A DNA stretch of 19,819 nucleotides from Bdellovibrionales bacterium (GTDB lineage Bacteria > Bdellovibrionota > Bdellovibrionia > Bdellovibrionales > JAMPXM01), in NCBI GenBank assembly GCA_043739185.1, contig JAYUEN010000099.1, positions 1-19,819 of the forward strand, written 5' to 3'. Below, in pieces: positions 1 to 7,972 of this stretch. The position numbers and the translations under genes are program-made. Within the stretch, counting starts at the first letter, position 1, and each line of letters opens with the position of its first letter. A model generated the notes under the pieces. That model made no database searches and had not been told where the DNA came from. It saw only the letters and a program-made list of their open reading frames with translations.

Positions 1-2
1 CC

Positions 3-680
3 TGGGAGCGGCTTTGGTTTTACAAGACAAATGCCACGAACAAAGAAATTAGTAGCACGAGTGGATTTGCAGCTGGCGCCAGTAATGAAATGGCAATTCA
101 AAATGCCCGTGAAGAACTGATTGAAAGAGCCATACTTTTAAAAGCTTGGTCGAGCCAAAGCGGGTGGCGCAAATCAAAAATAAAGCTCTTCAAAAGTAAG
201 TATATTCAATTTGCACTAATCTTAAAGGGCTGGCAGCTTGAACTTTTTGAGATTCACTCTAATCTTGGTGAAGTGAAATGCCTTTTTGCAAAACATCGCG
301 ACCGAGGCCTCATCTTTGATAGTTGCTATTCAAATGAAGGCAAAACGAGTGAAATTAAAATATTAAATTCAATATTGAAAAATATTTTTCTTCCGAGATT
401 GACTCCACTTAAGACTCTAAATGAAAAGGCCCTGCCCGTTGATCATGCCAGATACTATTGCGATCCCACAAACTTGAAAGCTTTTGAGTTTCTAAAAAAG
501 CAAACGCATAACAAATTCGTATTTGAACTCGAATCTCCCGATCTCATAGAGACGACAATATTACATCAAGCCGGAGACCTTCCAGCAGTCGCGTATTGCC
601 AGCACCCGACATGGCCAAAAATCTCGTGGGGAACATCTTCAATTCAAGGAAAGAATCCATGGCCGCATCCTCTCGCCTAG
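3..680 (+). CDS. YcaO-family protein (compact and divergent), 5'-truncated by the window edge
   Basis: The frame is open from position 3 (WERLWFYKTNATNKEISSTSGFAAGASNEMAIQNAREELIERA...), so the ATG at 90 is internal. STSGFAAG-x5-A-x5-E-ELIER matches the YcaO ATP/Mg-binding SxGxA...ExxER motif. The protein ends in PWPHPLA*, the Pro-rich PxPxP tail typical of azoline-forming YcaOs. It also has a DHARYY segment. Confidence 0.85.
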   Translation, partial: WERLWFYKTNATNKEISSTSGFAAGASNEMAIQNAREELIERAILLKAWSSQSGWRKSKIKLFKSKYIQFALILKGWQLELFEIHSNLGEVKCLFAKHRDRGLIFDSCYSNEGKTSEIKILNSILKNIFLPRLTPLKTLNEKALPVDHARYYCDPTNLKAFEFLKKQTHNKFVFELESPDLIETTILHQAGDLPAVAYCQHPTWPKISWGTSSIQGKNPWPHPLA

Positions 681-1894
681 CACCGCTGAATCCTCAAAAG
701 CTTTGGCTGGTTATGACAATCTCGGGAATGCTTTTGCTTGTAATGGCCACAGTCGGAGGCATTTTCATTGGCCTTAGGCAAAACCAGAGTATTGTGCAGA
801 GTGAAAACAAAATGATGCTGCGAAGAAATGGTGAACTTTTAACTCACCAAAATATTCGCACCTTTGTGGAGTCCTTGGGCTTTGATGAGCGGCACTACAG
901 GATCCAGATTCAGTCGGCTCTAGATCCTGATCATCGGACGCTTGAATTTGGCAAACTAAACATTGGAAACCTCACTCAATGCTCCACCGAATTTTATTTT
1001 CAATATCAGGTCGAGCTTTGCCGTCCGCTACCTATTTCATGGCCTACGATTGCAGGTGTTTTTGCCGTGCTACTGGCAATCATTGGCGCCGTTTCTCTGC
1101 TCGTTCGAAAACTCGGACTTGAAATTGTTGCCTCCTTTCAAAAATTATTTAGCATCGCAAAAATTCAGGCTCCAGTAAAAATGAATTTCAATGAGGCCTG
1201 GAATGCCGCCTTTTCAATGGCCGAAAGTTTCAATGAGTTTCAACTTAAATTAGTTGAAGCCGAGAAAAGTCGAGCCGTGCTTGAACTCTCTCGTCAAGTG
1301 GCGCACGACATACGTTCTCCACTCACCGCGCTTAATTTCTTGGCGGCAAGTTTAGATGATGTCGCTCCCGAGAAGAAAAATTTGGTTAGAAGCGCAATCA
1401 AACGTATAGAAGATATTGCCAATGATCTTCTTGAGAAATCCCGGCAAAAGGCTTCGCTGCAAAATACCAACGTCAAAGATTGCGTTGCTCAGGTGATTCA
1501 AGAAAAGCGCCTCGAGTTTCACAATCGCAAAGACTTAACTATAGAGTTTGTAGATCAAGCTGCAGAAATTTTGGTATCGCTAAGTAATTCAGAGCTGGCA
1601 AGGATCCTATCAAATTTGGTGAACAATTCGATTGAAGCCAAAGGCACAGTTTTAAAGTTTGAATTGGTTTTGCACCCTGACCACATTGAACTGAGCCTTA
1701 CCGACAATGGAGTAGGCATCGCCCCTGAATTTCTCTCACGCATCGGCGAAGCCAATTTCACTCTCGGAAAAAATGGCAATGGGCTTGGAGTTTTTCACGC
1801 AAAATCAACTCTTGAGTCAGCTGGCGGAAAACTTCAGATTGAAAGTATCCGTGGCAAGAGCACGATCGTAAAATTGATACTACCCAAGGCTTAG
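659..1894 (+). CDS. Membrane sensor histidine kinase (2 TM, HisKA + HATPase_c)
   Basis: H-box RQVAHDIRSPL, N-box ILSNLVNNSIEA, G1 DNGVGI, G2 GNGLG. Two hydrophobic segments (LWLVMTISGMLLLVMATVGGIFIGL and IAGVFAVLLAIIGAVSLLV). ATG at 659 follows AAGGA (646-650) and is preferred over the ORF-track start at 596. Confidence 0.93.
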   Translation: MAASSRLAPLNPQKLWLVMTISGMLLLVMATVGGIFIGLRQNQSIVQSENKMMLRRNGELLTHQNIRTFVESLGFDERHYRIQIQSALDPDHRTLEFGKLNIGNLTQCSTEFYFQYQVELCRPLPISWPTIAGVFAVLLAIIGAVSLLVRKLGLEIVASFQKLFSIAKIQAPVKMNFNEAWNAAFSMAESFNEFQLKLVEAEKSRAVLELSRQVAHDIRSPLTALNFLAASLDDVAPEKKNLVRSAIKRIEDIANDLLEKSRQKASLQNTNVKDCVAQVIQEKRLEFHNRKDLTIEFVDQAAEILVSLSNSELARILSNLVNNSIEAKGTVLKFELVLHPDHIELSLTDNGVGIAPEFLSRIGEANFTLGKNGNGLGVFHAKSTLESAGGKLQIESIRGKSTIVKLILPKA

Positions 1895-1895
1895 T

Positions 1896-2030
1896 TGATG
1901 TCGAGAGAGGCCCTCTGAGAAAGTACAACCTAGGAAGTTGTATTTTCTCAGAGGGCCTAGTCGAACTCCCAAGGTTCGAAAAGCGAACCAGCAAGCCCCC
2001 TCAAGACCGTCGGGCCGTTCCTCCGCCGGC
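1896..2030 (-). pseudogene. Degenerate tRNA-Leu(GAG)-like sequence interrupted by the 1908-1958 hairpin
   Basis: The minus strand reads CGGTC-TTGAGGG-GGCTT (anticodon arm), GGTTCG-CTTTT-CGAACC (variable arm), GGGAG-TTCGACT-[insert]-CTCTCGACATCA. The D-arm and acceptor stem are poor. Confidence 0.3.
1908..1958. repeat. 51-bp inverted repeat (22-bp arms, 7-nt loop); possible terminator or miniature IS-end remnant
   Basis: AGGCCCTCTGAGAAAGTACAAC (1908-1929) pairs with GTTGTATTTTCTCAGAGGGCCT (1937-1958), 21/22 Watson-Crick plus one G-T. It starts 13 nt after the kinase stop. There is no U-tract. Confidence 0.85.
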
Positions 2031-2153
2031 ATTTCTATTGCTTCAACTGTAGTCTATATGATCGACTACCCCTACACCCCAAGCCATTGCAATCACATGC
2101 ATTATCGTGGAGACACGAAGCCCGAAAATATCTATTCATTGAACTCCAGTTTG

Positions 2154-2162
2154 TGGTATTAT
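2154..2162 (+). promoter_or_regulatory. Extended -10 promoter (TGgTATTAT) of the TA operon, probably leaderless
   Basis: TG-n-TATTAT at 2154-2162, 6 nt upstream of the ATG at 2169. Confidence 0.45.
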
Positions 2163-2168
2163 AAAGGT

Positions 2169-2420
2169 ATGAAAACAAATACCAAATCGAGCATTACTTT
2201 GCCGCCACATGAATTGAAACTCGTAAACGATTTGATGAAGTCTCTTAAGGCCAAATCAAAAGTAGAGGTGATTAGGCGGGGCCTATTTTTATTAAAGGAA
2301 ACAACTGATCGCAATGCCTTACGAGCTTCATATAAAGAGGCATCAGAAAAGGCTCGAAAATTCAGTGATATCGAATTGCAAGAATTAAATGAACTCACAG
2401 ATGATGGACTCGATGAGTGA
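2169..2420 (+). CDS. Ribbon-helix-helix antitoxin (83 aa)
   Basis: MKTNTKSSITLPPHELKLVNDL...SKVEVIRRGL fits an RHH pattern. It has an acidic C-terminus (DIELQELNELTDDGLDE) and overlaps the downstream MazF-like gene by 8 nt. The ORF-track extension from 1938 looks spurious. Confidence 0.8.
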   Translation: MKTNTKSSITLPPHELKLVNDLMKSLKAKSKVEVIRRGLFLLKETTDRNALRASYKEASEKARKFSDIELQELNELTDDGLDE

Positions 2421-2769
2421 AGCTCCTCCAAAAATTAAACATGGATTTTTATATCTTGCCAATTTAAACCCAAGTTCAGGAACCGAAGCTGGCAAAGTCA
2501 GACCTGTAGTTGTCGTTCAAACAGATTATTTAAATGAAATTGGTCACCCTTCAACCTGGGTTTTACCATGCACAACTCGCCTGATCGGCGAAAGTTTGAT
2601 ACGGATCTCCCTGCCACGAAAAATCGCCGGCAATAGTGAAGATTGTGAAGTCATGATTGATCAAAATCGCTCAATCGACAATCGCCGCTTCATAACTGAG
2701 ATTGGCAAATTACCAAATAGCATCCTTCGAGAGATCAAGGAAAAATTGCGGCTTCTGGGTAGCCTTTAA
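2413..2769 (+). CDS. mazF: Type II toxin, PemK/MazF-family endoribonuclease
   Basis: GFLYLANLNPSSGTEAGKVRPVVVVQ, VLPCTT and IDQNRSIDNRRF are PemK/MazF signatures. The start lies in an ATGAGTGA overlap with the antitoxin stop. Confidence 0.92.
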   Translation: MSEAPPKIKHGFLYLANLNPSSGTEAGKVRPVVVVQTDYLNEIGHPSTWVLPCTTRLIGESLIRISLPRKIAGNSEDCEVMIDQNRSIDNRRFITEIGKLPNSILREIKEKLRLLGSL

Positions 2770-3347
2770 AAATCGGCCTTAAGCTTCCACCATTCGGTTT
2801 TTGCAAGCGGCGATGCGAGATACTCGGCAAAGCCTGGCGTCACTTGATCTTTGCCCGAAAGAAGTGGCGACGAAACCGGCCAGCTGATTTCAAACTTTGG
2901 ATCGTTGTAACGTAAACCTAATTCACCCTTGGCATTATAAACAGAAGTTATTTTATATAAAACATCAGCCGGCTCATTACCTAAAACACAAAATCCGTGA
3001 GCAAAGCCAGGTGGAATCCAAAGGGCGAGAGTTTTCTCCCCACTTAACTCCACACCAAAGTGCTTTCCAAAAGTGGGTTCGGAATGCCTCAGATCAACCA
3101 CGACATCAAAAATTCGCCCACGCGTACAGCTCACAAGTTTTCCTTGGGGCTTGTCGTATTGATAGTGAAGCCCTCGTAAAACACCGGGCAAAGAGCGCGA
3201 GAAATTATCTTGTACAAATACTTCGTTGAAATCCTCACGCCGAAACGCCTCTAGATTATAGCGTTCAGTAAAAAAACCGCGCTCATCGCGAAATTCCTTA
3301 GACTCAATGAGCATCAATCCTGAAATCGGTAGGTTTCTGTGAATCAT
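2766..3347 (-). CDS. rmlC: dTDP-4-dehydrorhamnose 3,5-epimerase
   Basis: FRDERGFFTE, QDNFSRS, VLRGLHYQ, QGKLVSC, LWIPPGFAHGF. The start ATG at 3347 is in an ATGA overlap with the rmlD stop. Confidence 0.96.
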   Translation of the reverse strand: MIHRNLPISGLMLIESKEFRDERGFFTERYNLEAFRREDFNEVFVQDNFSRSLPGVLRGLHYQYDKPQGKLVSCTRGRIFDVVVDLRHSEPTFGKHFGVELSGEKTLALWIPPGFAHGFCVLGNEPADVLYKITSVYNAKGELGLRYNDPKFEISWPVSSPLLSGKDQVTPGFAEYLASPLAKTEWWKLKADF

Positions 3348-4261
3348 TTTGCCACACCCTTGCTGTTTACAATCTGCCCTATGCATTGCTCTAAGCCAAG
3401 CTTCCAGTGCGGAAGTTTCAACCCACATTTTTCAAAAATCTTTGTTTGATTCAAACGAGAATTGAGTGGCCGCCGAGCTGGCGTCGGGTATTCAGAACTT
3501 TGAATTCCTAAGACTTTCTGAATTTTCAGCGCGAGCCCATGTCTTTGAGCGCAGCTAAAAATCTCTTGCGCAAACTCAAACCACGAAGTTTCGCCGCCAT
3601 TCGCACAGTTGTAAATGCCAGACAAAGCCGACTTATCATGCAATTTTTCAATCAGAGCAATGCTAGCTGCCGCCAAATCAGGAGCATAAGTTGGAGCTCC
3701 AATTTGATCATTAACTACTTTGAGTTCTGCGCGTTCAGCGCCAAGCTTGAGCATGGTTAAAACAAAGTTGCGCCCCAAATATGAATAAACCCAAGACGTG
3801 CGTAAAATCAGATAGCGAAAATCACGGGGTGCCCATTCTACCAAGAGCTTTTCACCCAAGGCTTTTGAGCGCCCGTAGGCATTCAGAGGTGCAACCGGAT
3901 CCTCTTCAACCCAGGGCTTAAGACCGCCACCTGAGTAAACATAGTCCGTTGAATAAGTCAGAAAGCTTGCTCCCAACTCATAACAAGCCTTTGCAATTTC
4001 TAATGGAGCATGAGCATTGATCAATGAAACCAATTCTTCTTCTTTTTCGGCTTGATCGACTTGCGTATAAGCCGCCGCATTGATCACCACTTCGGGCTTC
4101 ATACTTAAAATACGCGAACGAAGCTCTAAAGGCTTAGATAAATCTAGAATATCAGGGCCCACCAAAATAGCTCGTGAGCCCAACTCAAGCTTTAATGCCT
4201 CACCGACTTGGCCGCCCGCTCCAAGCACCAGGATCTTCTTTTCAGAAAAGCGCTCAAGCAT
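3344..4261 (-). CDS. rmlD: dTDP-4-dehydrorhamnose reductase
   Basis: GAGGQVG, INAAAYTQVDQAE, STDYVY, YGRSK, VNDQIGAPT, PTPARRP. Confidence 0.96.
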   Translation of the reverse strand: MLERFSEKKILVLGAGGQVGEALKLELGSRAILVGPDILDLSKPLELRSRILSMKPEVVINAAAYTQVDQAEKEEELVSLINAHAPLEIAKACYELGASFLTYSTDYVYSGGGLKPWVEEDPVAPLNAYGRSKALGEKLLVEWAPRDFRYLILRTSWVYSYLGRNFVLTMLKLGAERAELKVVNDQIGAPTYAPDLAAASIALIEKLHDKSALSGIYNCANGGETSWFEFAQEIFSCAQRHGLALKIQKVLGIQSSEYPTPARRPLNSRLNQTKIFEKCGLKLPHWKLGLEQCIGQIVNSKGVAK

Positions 4262-5528
4262 TTTTCGCCTCTATCACTCGGCGAATCTGGGCAAAGGCCT
4301 TTACGAAAACTTTTTCGGTCGTATATTCTCTTTCAAAAAGTGCTCGCGCATTGGCTCCCAATTCTTTGCGAAGTGACTGATCATCTCGCAATTTTCTTAA
4401 GACCGAATAGAGCTCTCGGTAAGAATCGGCGTGGTAAGAGATTCCTGCTTTATTGACAGCTAAGATTTCTTTAAGTTCATGTTGAATACTTGAAACCACC
4501 GGCAGACCCGCGCACATATATTCAAACGGCTTATTTGGTAGCGACATCCTTGCACTCGTAGAATAGGGCGCAAGTCCTACGGATGCGTGCTTCATCACAG
4601 TCTGCATTTGAGCGGCATCGAGCCATCCTGTAAAAACCACATTTTTTAGACCTGCTGCTCTTGTCTTATACTCATTCAGAGAGCTCCCGGCACCGCCCAG
4701 GACAAAATAAAAATTGTTTCCGAGTTCGCGGGCTGCATGAATGACCGTACCGAGATCAAAATATTTGCCGATAGTACCAAAAAAACATACTAAAAAGGCA
4801 TCCGCCGGAATCGCCAATTCGCCATACCACTTCTCAGCCGCTGCAGCGGCATCTTTCGCAATATTTTGCTCTGAATACCCAAGTGGGAAAACAAAATCGA
4901 CGCCTAAATTTAAGTCTGAAGATCTACGTCTGCGAGAGTATTTTAGGCCGTAATCTAAATAGGAGCGGGAGACTCCGCAAATGGCAGAAGCGCCGGCACA
5001 AACAAATTGCAATTTTCGATAGGCATTAAAAAGTGCCAGCTCGGCCAGCGGCCTTAAAGCTAGCGGAGCTAGATCCCTAATTTCATCTGGCCACAAATCA
5101 CGAATATCAGCGATCACTGGTATTTTATGTTTTAATCCAAATACAACTGCCGCATGGGCCCCATCAATGGTCGGAATAGGTGCCATGATCACATCTGGTC
5201 GCTCTACTTTAATAAATTCCTCTGCCTGCTCTAAAAAGCCGCGAGCAAAATCAGCCTGGTGTTTAATGCGGGCAAATGAAATATTTCGCTGATAGCCTTT
5301 GCCATAAATAAATTTGAGCCTGACGCCATCACAGATTTTTTCGCAATCCTCTGAAACAAAATTCATTTTTGGTGCATGAGAAAAGCTTGAGGTCCACCAA
5401 GTCACACTTTGGCCTTGGGCTGCCAACCACTTAGAAAACTGGCCATAACGGTGCAAGCGCACGCCAGATTCTATGGGTAAGGGCTCGCCAATTTCTAATA
5501 TCCAAATTTTAAGTGGAGCAGTTGTCAT
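4254..5528 (-). CDS. Glycosyltransferase family 4 (GT-B)
   Basis: DIRDLWPD, FFGTIGKYFDL, PNKPFEYMCAGLPVVSS, LGANARALFEREY. Confidence 0.92.
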   Translation of the reverse strand: MTTAPLKIWILEIGEPLPIESGVRLHRYGQFSKWLAAQGQSVTWWTSSFSHAPKMNFVSEDCEKICDGVRLKFIYGKGYQRNISFARIKHQADFARGFLEQAEEFIKVERPDVIMAPIPTIDGAHAAVVFGLKHKIPVIADIRDLWPDEIRDLAPLALRPLAELALFNAYRKLQFVCAGASAICGVSRSYLDYGLKYSRRRRSSDLNLGVDFVFPLGYSEQNIAKDAAAAAEKWYGELAIPADAFLVCFFGTIGKYFDLGTVIHAARELGNNFYFVLGGAGSSLNEYKTRAAGLKNVVFTGWLDAAQMQTVMKHASVGLAPYSTSARMSLPNKPFEYMCAGLPVVSSIQHELKEILAVNKAGISYHADSYRELYSVLRKLRDDQSLRKELGANARALFEREYTTEKVFVKAFAQIRRVIEAKNA

Positions 5529-5531
5529 AAC

Positions 5532-6860
5532 TTAAATACCGTGACTACCAGGACGTTCATTGGCGGGCCTTCGAATCAACAGAGTATGCTCGTCACGGTA
5601 TTTGCAATAAAGTGTCGCGACAACCGCTAGAATAAATAAAAACATATGCTTTACTTCTGCATGCTTAAAGCTGGGCTCTGTAAGCCCGCCGACATGAAGA
5701 AAAACCTGCGCCCCAATTGCGCCCAGAACCAAGGCTCGGTGCCATTCAAAACGCTCAGGAATCATCCGTAGCAAACGAATTGAAATCCATAAAAAATAAA
5801 GTATGAAAAACATATAACAACTAAATCCGATAGCACCCGTGCCTGACAAAAACTGAAAATAAGTATTGTGGGCATGGCCCAATTGGCCGTTTTCAATTCC
5901 CAATTTTTTAAAATAATCGCCGATAACAAATTCGTTTTGATTATTGCCAACGCCAATCAAGGGGTGATCTTTAAAAATCTCAATATTAGCGCGCCAAATT
6001 TTCACTCTTGAATCATCATAACTAAAATTATTAGCGGCCGCGAGCAGTCGCGCTCGTACGGTCGGAACCCCTGCCCCAACTATTCCCAAGAAAATCAACA
6101 AGCCGCAAATAATTGCGATCGCTTTTTTCCTTCCAGAATAAAAGCTCATAAAAATAATTCCAACAATTACGCCAAGCCAAACGCCTCGAACCAAGGTCGT
6201 CACCAAGCTTAAGGCAAGCAAAGAAGCACTAAAAACCATAAGCGAAGTAAATAGTTTTGATTTATGTTTTACCACAATAAGGGCCGCAATCGGAAAGAAG
6301 ATCAAAAGCCCATAAGAATTACCATATCTCATTGGGCTACTAAAAAAACCGGCGGAGCGATAAATCGCTGAGCCATCTTCGCGGTTACCCATGAATTGAA
6401 CAGCATCGTGTGTGTCTCGCATGAGATCTAAGCCCGTAAAATGTTGAACTACGGCATAGACGCCAATAACGCCAGCGGCAGTCAGAATAAAGTTGAAAGC
6501 ATATTGTGCATTATCGTGAAAGGACCAATGAAGGCCGAGGCGAAGCAGGTAGAACAACAATATCCAGCGACCCGTTCCGATAATTGTAATCGTAGAATTT
6601 CCCGGCGGCGAAGGTGGAGCTGTCAAAAACGCGCCAAGAACAATTACAATAAAAAGCGCGATCAATGCATAATCGACAAAGAGAAAAATCTCACCCACAC
6701 TTTGGCGATGATTGATAATCTGAGACACCGCAATTACTAAGACCAAGACCGCAATCGTCCAAGAAAAAATCTCCATCCCGGCCATACTCACTAGCAGTGA
6801 GATCGCATAGAGAAAGAATAAAATTGGTAAAGCCTTCTGGCCCTGGGCTTCTAAATTCAC
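5532..6860 (-). CDS. O-antigen ligase family (Wzy_C) polytopic membrane protein
   Basis: Many hydrophobic segments. RSAGFFSSP, TLVRGVWLG, SRVKIW...KDHPLIGVG and HAHNTYFQFLSGTGAIG motifs. Confidence 0.9.
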   Translation of the reverse strand: MNLEAQGQKALPILFFLYAISLLVSMAGMEIFSWTIAVLVLVIAVSQIINHRQSVGEIFLFVDYALIALFIVIVLGAFLTAPPSPPGNSTITIIGTGRWILLFYLLRLGLHWSFHDNAQYAFNFILTAAGVIGVYAVVQHFTGLDLMRDTHDAVQFMGNREDGSAIYRSAGFFSSPMRYGNSYGLLIFFPIAALIVVKHKSKLFTSLMVFSASLLALSLVTTLVRGVWLGVIVGIIFMSFYSGRKKAIAIICGLLIFLGIVGAGVPTVRARLLAAANNFSYDDSRVKIWRANIEIFKDHPLIGVGNNQNEFVIGDYFKKLGIENGQLGHAHNTYFQFLSGTGAIGFSCYMFFILYFLWISIRLLRMIPERFEWHRALVLGAIGAQVFLHVGGLTEPSFKHAEVKHMFLFILAVVATLYCKYRDEHTLLIRRPANERPGSHGI

Positions 6861-7966
6861 TTCATGACGTCCAGTACTCCTGAAATTACACGCGCAAGAT
6901 TTTCTTCAGTCAAATCTGGATACATCGGCAGACTGATACATTTTGCCGCTGCATTCATGGTTTCAGGCAAATGAAATTGATCTTTGATATCTTTATAAAC
7001 TGGCTGATGATGTATCGCTGATGGATAATGAACTGAAGTTGAAACTCCACGTTCTTTGAGTTTCAACGCGAACTCATCACGCTTATCAACCAATACGGTG
7101 TATTGAGCCCAAGCAGAAGTATTGCCGGCGCGAACATATGGAGTCACCAATTTGCCCTCAAGCGCCTTAAAGGCTTGCGTATACTTGCCGGCAATCTCAT
7201 CGCGTTTTTTCAATTCCCAAGGAAAGCGCTTCAGCTTCTCAGTAATGATCGCGCACTGAATGGTATCAAGCCTTGCATTGATGCCGATTTCGACGTGGTT
7301 GTAACGACTCTCTTGTCCGTGCACGCGAATACGCGCCATGCGATCATAGAGTCTCTTATCTGTCGTAAAAACCGCCCCACCATCGCCGTAACAGCCTAGC
7401 GGTTTTGCCGGAAAAAAACTAGTGCCTGAAATTTTTGAAACATTGCAACTGCGTTTTGATTTGTAAACTCCACCAAAACTTTGCGCCGCATCTTCGATGA
7501 CAGTTAAACCATGCTTTTCAGCAATGGCATTGATCTCATCCATATCGGCAACCTGGCCATATAATGAAACTGGCATAATAGCTTTCGTCCGCTTAGTAAG
7601 CGCAGCCTCGATCAATGCTGGATTCAAATTATAAGTCTTAGGATCAATATCAACAAAAATTGGTTTAGCTCCCAAAAGGCTTATCACTTCAGCAGTCGCA
7701 AAAAATGAAAACGAGGTGGTGATGACTTCATCACCCGGCTTGATATCAATGGCCATCAAAGCCACAATCAAAGCATCCGTACCTGAGGCCATGCTCAAGC
7801 AATAGGGACTGCCGGTGAATTCTGCCAAAGCCTTTTCACACTCTAAAACTTCAGGCCCTAAAATAAATTGTCCATGATTTAAAATCGTTTGAATGCGCTT
7901 ATTAATAGGAACTTCAAGTTCTTTATATTGTGGTTTTAAATCTAAAAACGGAATCATCTCCATCAT
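6857..7966 (-). CDS. wbpE: DegT/DnrJ/EryC1/StrS sugar aminotransferase (WbpE-like)
   Basis: IEDAAQSFG, SFFPAKPLGCYGDGGA (PLP lysine), NARLDTIQ. It lies directly downstream of a WbpA-like gene. RBS AAGGAGAG. Confidence 0.88.
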   Translation of the reverse strand: MMEMIPFLDLKPQYKELEVPINKRIQTILNHGQFILGPEVLECEKALAEFTGSPYCLSMASGTDALIVALMAIDIKPGDEVITTSFSFFATAEVISLLGAKPIFVDIDPKTYNLNPALIEAALTKRTKAIMPVSLYGQVADMDEINAIAEKHGLTVIEDAAQSFGGVYKSKRSCNVSKISGTSFFPAKPLGCYGDGGAVFTTDKRLYDRMARIRVHGQESRYNHVEIGINARLDTIQCAIITEKLKRFPWELKKRDEIAGKYTQAFKALEGKLVTPYVRAGNTSAWAQYTVLVDKRDEFALKLKERGVSTSVHYPSAIHHQPVYKDIKDQFHLPETMNAAAKCISLPMYPDLTEENLARVISGVLDVMK

Positions 7967-7972
7967 CTCTCC

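Noticed and set aside
596..658. Upstream kinase start at 596
   Set aside because: It is a TTG deep within the YcaO gene. The ATG at 659 has an RBS and a shorter overlap.
2005..2030. SAM-I riboswitch-like GGCGGAGGAACGGCCCGA on the minus strand
   Set aside because: The flanking ATCnAGAG and GCAACC elements are absent and there is no minus-strand Met gene downstream.
2049..2080. Small hairpin GTAGTC/GACTAC and a GACTACCCC stretch reminiscent of IS200/IS605 ends
   Set aside because: Too short, with no characteristic end hairpin and no tnpA/tnpB/iscB in the window.
1938..2168. N-terminal extension of the 160-aa ORF, or a Ser-rich RiPP precursor
   Set aside because: It starts at a TTG inside the hairpin, has no RBS and crosses structured non-coding DNA. 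The RHH domain starts at 2169 with its own promoter.
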